The notes under the pieces were generated by a model that ran no database searches, was not told where the DNA came from, and saw only the letters and a program-made list of their open reading frames with translations. Shown here piece by piece: positions 26,373-32,000 of a stretch of DNA of 32,000 bases (the stretch's first letter is position 1; the number at the start of each line of letters is the position of its first letter). Origin of the DNA: Haloquadratum walsbyi C23 (GTDB lineage: Archaea > Halobacteriota > Halobacteria > Halobacteriales > Haloferacaceae); the NCBI RefSeq assembly GCF_000237865.1, contig NC_017459.1, positions 2,310,001 to 2,342,000 on the forward strand, written 5' to 3'. Made by a program: the position numbers and the translations under genes.

Positions 26373-26629
26373 CGACCAATCTTCTCTAGCAGTGTGATTG
26401 ATACGCCGATATGGAGTAGAATTGAGGACGGAAGCGCCCAGTAATTATATCTGAGAAACGACGAGACGTATGCTACTCATGCTACGCCAGATACCATAAT
26501 AGTCGTCTTAAATCAATTATTATCGGGATTTATGATAGGGATACAAGAGAGAATAATCTGGAGTCAGTACATGACAACAGGATGAATTAATTTGTTCGAC
26601 AAGGAGTATATGAAATGTCTAATTCGACA

Positions 26630-27103
26630 TTATTTGAGAATATCGTCGTATTCGCCATCTTCCATTCGTGATTTAAACTCACGCGGGTTGTTGCCATCAA
26701 TTGTGACACCAAGTGAGGTGCAGGTTCCAACGACCTCTTTTGCGGCATTGAATGTATCATATGAGAGTAAATCCGATGACTTCTGCTCGGCGATTTTTTG
26801 AACTTGATCAACGCTCATATTCGCAACAAAGTTCTCCTGCGGTTCACCAGATCCTGACTCAAAGCCGGCTTCATCTTTGATTAATTCTGCGGTTGGTGGG
26901 ACACCAACGGAGATTGAGAAGTCACCAGTATCTTCATACTCAACGGTGACAGGCACTTCCATCCCATCGAATGCATCTGTCTCATCGTTGATTGTCTGGA
27001 CGACATCCTGTACATCCACCGGAGTTGGTCCGAGTTCCGGACCGAGTGGTGGACCTGGGTTTGCCTCCCCACCGGGAATGAGTACTTCAATAGTTCCAGC
27101 CAT
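26630..27103 (-). CDS. rpl11: 50S ribosomal protein L11 (uL11)
   Basis: 157 aa. Contains MAGTIEVLIPGGEANPGPPLGPELGPTPVDV... and ..AKEVVGTCTSLGVTIDG... Confidence 0.95.
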   Translation of the reverse strand: MAGTIEVLIPGGEANPGPPLGPELGPTPVDVQDVVQTINDETDAFDGMEVPVTVEYEDTGDFSISVGVPPTAELIKDEAGFESGSGEPQENFVANMSVDQVQKIAEQKSSDLLSYDTFNAAKEVVGTCTSLGVTIDGNNPREFKSRMEDGEYDDILK

Positions 27104-27120
27104 ACATTATTGCACCCTAT

Positions 27121-27135
27121 GGTGACTTTTAACCG
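27121..27135 (-). promoter_or_regulatory. Putative TATA box for a near-leaderless L11 transcript
   Basis: The minus strand reads cGGTTAAAAGtcacc, centred ~26 nt upstream of the L11 ATG (27103). That spacing is typical of haloarchaeal leaderless mRNAs. Confidence 0.3.
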
Positions 27136-27238
27136 TTTTCTTTTGCCCGAGCAGCCGTGTTAGGCGGTTTTACAGAGTTACAAGACAGGTGCCACAGGGC
27201 TTGATCCCGAGGCGGTTCACGAAAGTGTGGTGAGGGTC

Positions 27239-28309
27239 CTAGACGTCGAGGGTAAATGGTGCAATATCATCAGCACCCGCAGCCATCGCACCAGTAAGCG
27301 ATGCAATAGCATCAAGATCAGTTGTATCAATAACCTCGACCGGTGTGTGCATATACCGATTCGGAATACCGATATTCAGTGCTGGAATGCCGCTTCGACT
27401 CGTATAAAATGCGTCAGCATCAGTCCCGGTTCGGGATCCTGCTGCTTGTAGTTGGACATCAACCTCTGCTGTTTCTGCTGCATCACGTGCAAGTGTCACC
27501 AACGTCGGGTGGTTCACGCTGCCACGGGTGACGACAGGTCCGGATCCAAGCTCAACTGGACCAACACTATTTCCTGGAAGATCAGGATTATCGGTCGCGT
27601 GAGTCACATCAATTGCAACTGCTGCATCGGGGTCAAGATCAAATCCAACCATCTTCGCTCCTTGAACGCCAACCTCCTCCTGGACGGTACTGACAGCATA
27701 GACCGTTGCATCGACAGACTGCGTGCGTGTTGCAGCAGCCCGAAGCGCCTCAGCGGCAGCCCAGATACCAACGCGATTATCAAGCGCACGCGCTGCAAGC
27801 CGTGTATCAGCAAGCGGTCGAACCCGAGTTTCAACGGTGACTGGATCGCCGACTTCGACACGCTCACGTGCTGCATCACCGTCCTCAGCACCGATGTCGA
27901 TGAATTGCTCATCAATATCGTCATATGACTCATTACCAGTATCACGAAGGTGGATTGCAGTCTGACCAATGACGCCAGCAACGGGGGTTTCAGAGTGAAC
28001 CGTTACATGTTGTCCTTTTGAGACGGTTCGGTCAGCACCACCAATGCGATTGATACGAAGATATCCATCATCAGTGATGTCACGAATGATATATCCGATT
28101 TCGTCTGCATGACCGGCAAAGGCAATGGAGACATCGCAAGCAGGGTCGCCGTGATAAACTGCAACAGCATTGCCATAGGCATCGGTATTCACTTCATCGG
28201 CGAACTGTTGAACGTAGTTCACCCATACTCGTTGACCAACTGTTTCGAATCCTGATGGACTTGGTGTCGTCAATAAATCCGTCAAGAATTCACGTCTGGT
28301 ATCATCCAT
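27239..28309 (-). CDS. M42-family (TET/FrvX-type) aminopeptidase
   Basis: 356 aa. Contains LLTTPSPSGFE, FAGHADEIGYIIRDITDDGYLRINRIGG, ..ALDNRVG.., ..VQEEVG.. and ..PNRYMHTPVEV... Confidence 0.88.
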   Translation of the reverse strand: MDDTRREFLTDLLTTPSPSGFETVGQRVWVNYVQQFADEVNTDAYGNAVAVYHGDPACDVSIAFAGHADEIGYIIRDITDDGYLRINRIGGADRTVSKGQHVTVHSETPVAGVIGQTAIHLRDTGNESYDDIDEQFIDIGAEDGDAARERVEVGDPVTVETRVRPLADTRLAARALDNRVGIWAAAEALRAAATRTQSVDATVYAVSTVQEEVGVQGAKMVGFDLDPDAAVAIDVTHATDNPDLPGNSVGPVELGSGPVVTRGSVNHPTLVTLARDAAETAEVDVQLQAAGSRTGTDADAFYTSRSGIPALNIGIPNRYMHTPVEVIDTTDLDAIASLTGAMAAGADDIAPFTLDV

Positions 28310-28540
28310 ATTTTCTTATTCGGTCGAAAGGCTCCTGAATGTACCGTTCGATATTGTGTAATCACTCAAAATTTCCGGATAAGACATCTCGTCGATAAGC
28401 ATGTTTTCAGATTGATCAAGACGAGTGTCTTGTGGATCGGATGTAATTCTGAGGAAGGTCACGACGATTACATGTCCGACATGATGAATCTCATGTTGCT
28501 GACCGATAATCATTAAATAGCAACTGCGTGTGAATACGAT

Positions 28541-29557
28541 ATGACTATTTCAAGTGCTCCCGGGAAAGTGTATCTCTTTGGCGAGCATGCGGTTGTCTAT
28601 GGGGAACCAGCAGTTCCTTGTGCAATTGAACGACGTGCAACGGTCACAGTTGAGCGTCGTTCTGATAATCATATTCGGGTTGAAGCACGCGATCTCAGCT
28701 TAGATGGATTCACTGTTGAGTACACCGGTGATACTGAATACCGCCCTGATGTTGATGTTCCAACCGCACTTGTCGACGCCGCGATGGGATACGTTGACGC
28801 TGCTGTCGAACAGGCACGTGATGCCGCAGACATGCCGGACGCAGGGTTTGACATTATCGTTGAGAGTGATATCCCACTTGGTGCGGGTCTTGGCTCGTCT
28901 GCTGCTGTTGTTGTTGCTGGTATCGATGCTGCGACACGTGAACTTAATACACCACTCGATTGTCGTGAAGTTGCACGACGTGCGTATAACGCAGAATATG
29001 ATGTCCAAGATGGACAGGCTTCACGAGCAGACACATTCTGTTCGGCAATGGGCGGTGTTGTTTATATTGAAGGCGATGAGTGCCGGCGAATGACAGCCCC
29101 AAATCTCCCGTTTGTCATTGGATTCGATGGCGGTGCAGGCGATACAGGCGAACTTGTTGCCGGAGTGCGGAGACTACGCTCGGAATATGATTTCGCGGCA
29201 AAGACAGTCGGAAGTATTGGTGAGATTGTTCGACAGGGTGAAACGTTATTACAAAATGCCAACCCAGAGACCACCCCTGGGCAAGCACTACTCACGGAGC
29301 TTGGTCAGTTCATGGACTTTGATCATGGACTGCTTGAGGCACTTGGCGTGTCATCGCGGACACTCGATAATATGGTCTGGGCTGCACGCGAAGCCGGTGC
29401 GTATGGTGCAAAACTAACCGGTGCGGGTGGTGGTGGATGTATTGTCGCACTTGATGAAACACCAGAGACAGAAACAGCATTAGAGTATACCGCAGAGTGT
29501 CATGACGTCTTTCGGGCAGAACTTGATCGTATTGGTGTGCGTGTCGAGGAAAACTGA
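28541..29557 (+). CDS. mvk: Mevalonate kinase
   Basis: 338 aa. Contains APGKVYLFGEHAVVYG, PLGAGLGSSAAVVVAG (GHMP motif) and KLTGAGGGGCIVAL. Confidence 0.92.
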   Translation: MTISSAPGKVYLFGEHAVVYGEPAVPCAIERRATVTVERRSDNHIRVEARDLSLDGFTVEYTGDTEYRPDVDVPTALVDAAMGYVDAAVEQARDAADMPDAGFDIIVESDIPLGAGLGSSAAVVVAGIDAATRELNTPLDCREVARRAYNAEYDVQDGQASRADTFCSAMGGVVYIEGDECRRMTAPNLPFVIGFDGGAGDTGELVAGVRRLRSEYDFAAKTVGSIGEIVRQGETLLQNANPETTPGQALLTELGQFMDFDHGLLEALGVSSRTLDNMVWAAREAGAYGAKLTGAGGGGCIVALDETPETETALEYTAECHDVFRAELDRIGVRVEEN

Positions 29558-29559
29558 GT

Positions 29560-30450
29560 ATGTCAAGAGAAACTAACTCATCTGTGCCAGTAAACCCGAA
29601 TACGAGTATGAAGGGTCTAAGTGTGCTCAAACTTGGCGGAAGTGTCATTACCGATAAAACAACGCCAGAAGCAGTTGACACCGATACGCTTGAGACGGTG
29701 GTTGAGACGATCGGTTCAGCAGTGACGTCGGGGGAATCAGCATCTACCACAGGTCATGAACGACAGACGTCGACTGAGAGATCACAAAAAGATATTGGTA
29801 ACTCAAATCATCACTCGCACGCTGAGCATGAGGGATTGATTATCGTCCATGGTGGAGGGAGTTTTGGACATCATCATGCAGAGCGGCATAACGTAAGTAC
29901 AACAACAGGGACGAGTGACGCAGCAGCTATCTGGGAGATTCATGACGCGATGCGACGACTGAATGATACTGTTATCGAAGCACTGCATGCAGTTGGTGTC
30001 CCTGCAATCCCGGTTCACCCGCTATCGGTTGCGGTTCGAGACGAGAATTCCACCCTTGAGATTCCGATCGACCCCTTCTCACGAATGCTCGCACAGGGAT
30101 ATGTACCGGTCACACACGGCGATATCATCATCGATTCTCACTCTGGGGCAACCATTCTGAGTGGCGATGAAATTGTCGTGAGCGTCGCAGAGGGACTTAC
30201 AGCTGATCGCGTTGGACTGTGCTCGACGGTTTCGGGTGTCTATGATGACGATGGGAGTGTTATCCCGGAGATTACGACGTATGAGTCAGTTACAGATGTG
30301 CTTGGAGATTCAGAGACGACTGATGTCACCGGTGGGATGGCAGGGAAAGTTCGCACATTATTGAATCTTGAGATGCCCGCACATATCTTTGGACCAACAG
30401 CACTTGCTGAGTTTTTTGCTCATAAACAAGTTGGAACGAGCATTCAGTAA
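29560..30450 (+). CDS. Isopentenyl phosphate kinase (amino-acid-kinase fold)
   Basis: 296 aa. Contains VLKLGGSVITDK, IVHGGGSFGHHHA and TGGMAGKV. It starts 3 nt after the mvk stop. The start may be the internal Met at 29608. Confidence 0.88.
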   Translation: MSRETNSSVPVNPNTSMKGLSVLKLGGSVITDKTTPEAVDTDTLETVVETIGSAVTSGESASTTGHERQTSTERSQKDIGNSNHHSHAEHEGLIIVHGGGSFGHHHAERHNVSTTTGTSDAAAIWEIHDAMRRLNDTVIEALHAVGVPAIPVHPLSVAVRDENSTLEIPIDPFSRMLAQGYVPVTHGDIIIDSHSGATILSGDEIVVSVAEGLTADRVGLCSTVSGVYDDDGSVIPEITTYESVTDVLGDSETTDVTGGMAGKVRTLLNLEMPAHIFGPTALAEFFAHKQVGTSIQ

Positions 30451-30515
30451 TACCTCGATTTCATGTGATTGATGTCGGATAACTCGCATGCAGTAATGAT
30501 AACATCGTATCATTA

Positions 30516-31373
30516 TCACTCAGTTGTCGTGTCATCAGCGTTCTTGGAGCCATCCCCGCCCCCACCCACATCAATAGTAACAGTGAGCCCATCGCGTGCA
30601 AATCTAACCTCTCCATCGTATTTTTTCTGAATACGCTCACGCATCGTCTCATGGTTGCCTTCTGTATGTGGAAAGAGATGTGTCAGATACACACGACCGA
30701 CTGTAATTCCATTGAGTACATTCGCGAGTTGAGATGGCGTTGGGTGTCCTGAGACGTCAACCCCATCAGGGAATGAGCAGTCATGAACAAGGACTGCAGC
30801 CCCATCGGCAAGGCGGGCGATTCTATTTGTTGCCTCTGTATCGCCGGAGAAAACAACGGTCGCTGATTCATCTGCATCTGATGCTTCTGATTGTGCATCA
30901 GCACTAATATCCTGTTCCTGTGTTGGCTCAGTGATTCGATATGCAAGTCCATCAACTGAGTGCTCAGTTCGTCTGGCTTCGATATCGAAATCTGCAACAG
31001 TGAATTCAGTTGGTCCAACCTCACGGATACGTAATTCAATCTGATCTGAAAGATACTCGTGTATCTCAAGTAAATCATCGATAAGTCTCTTTGTTCCAGC
31101 AGGTCCGACAATTTCAAGATAGGTCTCACCAGCCAGCCACCGGGCTTTCAATAATGGGAGTAAATCTGTCACATGGTCAATATGATGATGCGTCAAAAGC
31201 ACCGACGAAATATCTTCATAGCCGACCTCAGTCGCGGCAAGGCGTTGAAGAACACCACTGCCACAGTCAACGAGCAGCGCTCGACTGTTGTTATCTGTTG
31301 TAAGTAATGACCCTGTCTGTGCACGGTCAGCAACCGGCATTGGACTACCTGTCCCAAGAAAGGTCAAACGCAT
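30516..31373 (-). CDS. MBL-fold metallo-hydrolase (RNase Z/ElaC-like)
   Basis: 285 aa. Contains MRLTFLGTGSPMP..., LLTHHHIDHVTDL (HxHxDH) and a later ..VLVHDCSF... It has an acidic insertion and a Gly-rich tail. Confidence 0.8.
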   Translation of the reverse strand: MRLTFLGTGSPMPVADRAQTGSLLTTDNNSRALLVDCGSGVLQRLAATEVGYEDISSVLLTHHHIDHVTDLLPLLKARWLAGETYLEIVGPAGTKRLIDDLLEIHEYLSDQIELRIREVGPTEFTVADFDIEARRTEHSVDGLAYRITEPTQEQDISADAQSEASDADESATVVFSGDTEATNRIARLADGAAVLVHDCSFPDGVDVSGHPTPSQLANVLNGITVGRVYLTHLFPHTEGNHETMRERIQKKYDGEVRFARDGLTVTIDVGGGGDGSKNADDTTTE

Positions 31374-31504
31374 ATATATTCTAGTGTGACGGGCTGCAAA
31401 TGTATTCGGAATACAATAGCAAAGACTGCAACGATGAGATTACGGCTAATTGCAAACTCAACTCGAACAGAACCGACTTACATTCGTAGCACAAGTGGTT
31501 TACA

Positions 31505-32000
31505 ATGTCTCAGCGTGGGCGAGCGTTACTTCGCGAAGCCGCAGAGCAGGCACGCACTGATGCGGATAAAACATCATTTACGTTCGACCCAGAAACCGTC
31601 GAGATTAATGACGCAGATGTGCTGACCCGACTTGATCCGGCTGTCCAGGAATGGTGGGTCAGCCAATTCGGTCGATATGTTGCTGAGAATGATGGATTCT
31701 TTACACCGCCACAACGAGAAGCGATTCCTCTCGTTGATAATCAAGAGAACGCACTTGTTTGTGCACCGACGGGATCCGGGAAAACACTTGCATCGTTCAC
31801 CGCGGTATTGAATGATCTCTTCAAGCGTGCTCGTAGACGCGACGACGGACTTGAAAACCAGGTATACTGTTTGTATATCTCACCGCTGAAGTCGCTTGCA
31901 AACGACATTCATCGAAATCTCGGTGTGCCGTTATCGGGGATTCGCGAGCGAATTATCGCTGACGCCAAATCCGAGTCCAAATCCGAGTCCGAGTCCGAAG
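31505..32000 (+). CDS. lhr: Lhr-type ATP-dependent DEAD/DEAH-box helicase, N-terminal part (runs off the right edge)
   Basis: Absent from the ORF track because there is no stop in the window. The frame from ATG 31505 reads MSQRGRALL...LDPAVQEWWVSQFGRYVAENDGFFTPPQREAIPLVDNQENALVCAPTGSGKTLASF...VYCLYISPLKSLANDIHRNL, with Q-motif/Walker A context typical of Lhr. Confidence 0.85.
   Translation, partial: MSQRGRALLREAAEQARTDADKTSFTFDPETVEINDADVLTRLDPAVQEWWVSQFGRYVAENDGFFTPPQREAIPLVDNQENALVCAPTGSGKTLASFTAVLNDLFKRARRRDDGLENQVYCLYISPLKSLANDIHRNLGVPLSGIRERIIADAKSESKSESESE

Noticed and set aside
28316-28513. 65-aa minus ORF ending 6 nt upstream of the M42 peptidase start
   Set aside because: It would leave only 27 nt for the divergent mvk promoter. 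It has no recognisable motifs and only modest acidity. It could be a real small protein, but I cannot support it.

Overview
This window reads as chromosomal DNA of a haloarchaeon. The predicted proteins are strongly acidic, the L12/P0 stalk proteins have archaeal acidic tails, and archaeal mevalonate-pathway genes are present. Backbone GC is about 45-48% by my own line counts. That is reminiscent of Haloquadratum, but this is inference only.

Backbone genes:
- Left side: a TctA/DUF112-like membrane protein (partial), the ribosomal L1-L10-L12 operon, a small acidic ORF, birA, a biotin carboxylase-BCCP fusion and asd.
- Right side: a class V aminotransferase, msrB, ribosomal protein L11, an M42 peptidase, mevalonate kinase, isopentenyl phosphate kinase, an MBL-fold hydrolase and the 5' end of an Lhr-type helicase.

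Between asd (ends 8055) and the aminotransferase (ends 24586) lies a ~16 kb patchwork that looks like decayed mobile/defence DNA. It has four parts:
1. A higher-GC block (~8.1-12.5 kb). It holds an N-terminally truncated orphan HsdR, a PD-(D/E)xK-like ORF, a frameshifted remnant, and a DUF433/DUF5615 pair whose toxin-like gene has an in-frame TAA.
2. Two backbone-like genes: a D-2-hydroxyacid dehydrogenase and a geranylgeranyl-reductase-family flavoprotein.
3. A strikingly AT-rich block (~15.5-18.5 kb, 27-43% GC per line). It holds a second, divergent GGR-family flavoprotein and an uncharacterised multi-TM protein.
4. A block (~18.5-24.5 kb) with a frameshifted tyrosine integrase and a second integrase C-terminal fragment. 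It also carries a second DUF433/DUF5615 pair, two TumE-like/HTH modules that face each other, VapBC, a small secreted protein and an orphan ORF.

I saw no rRNA, tRNA or CRISPR array. All family assignments rest on remembered motifs and by-eye reading; no searches were run.
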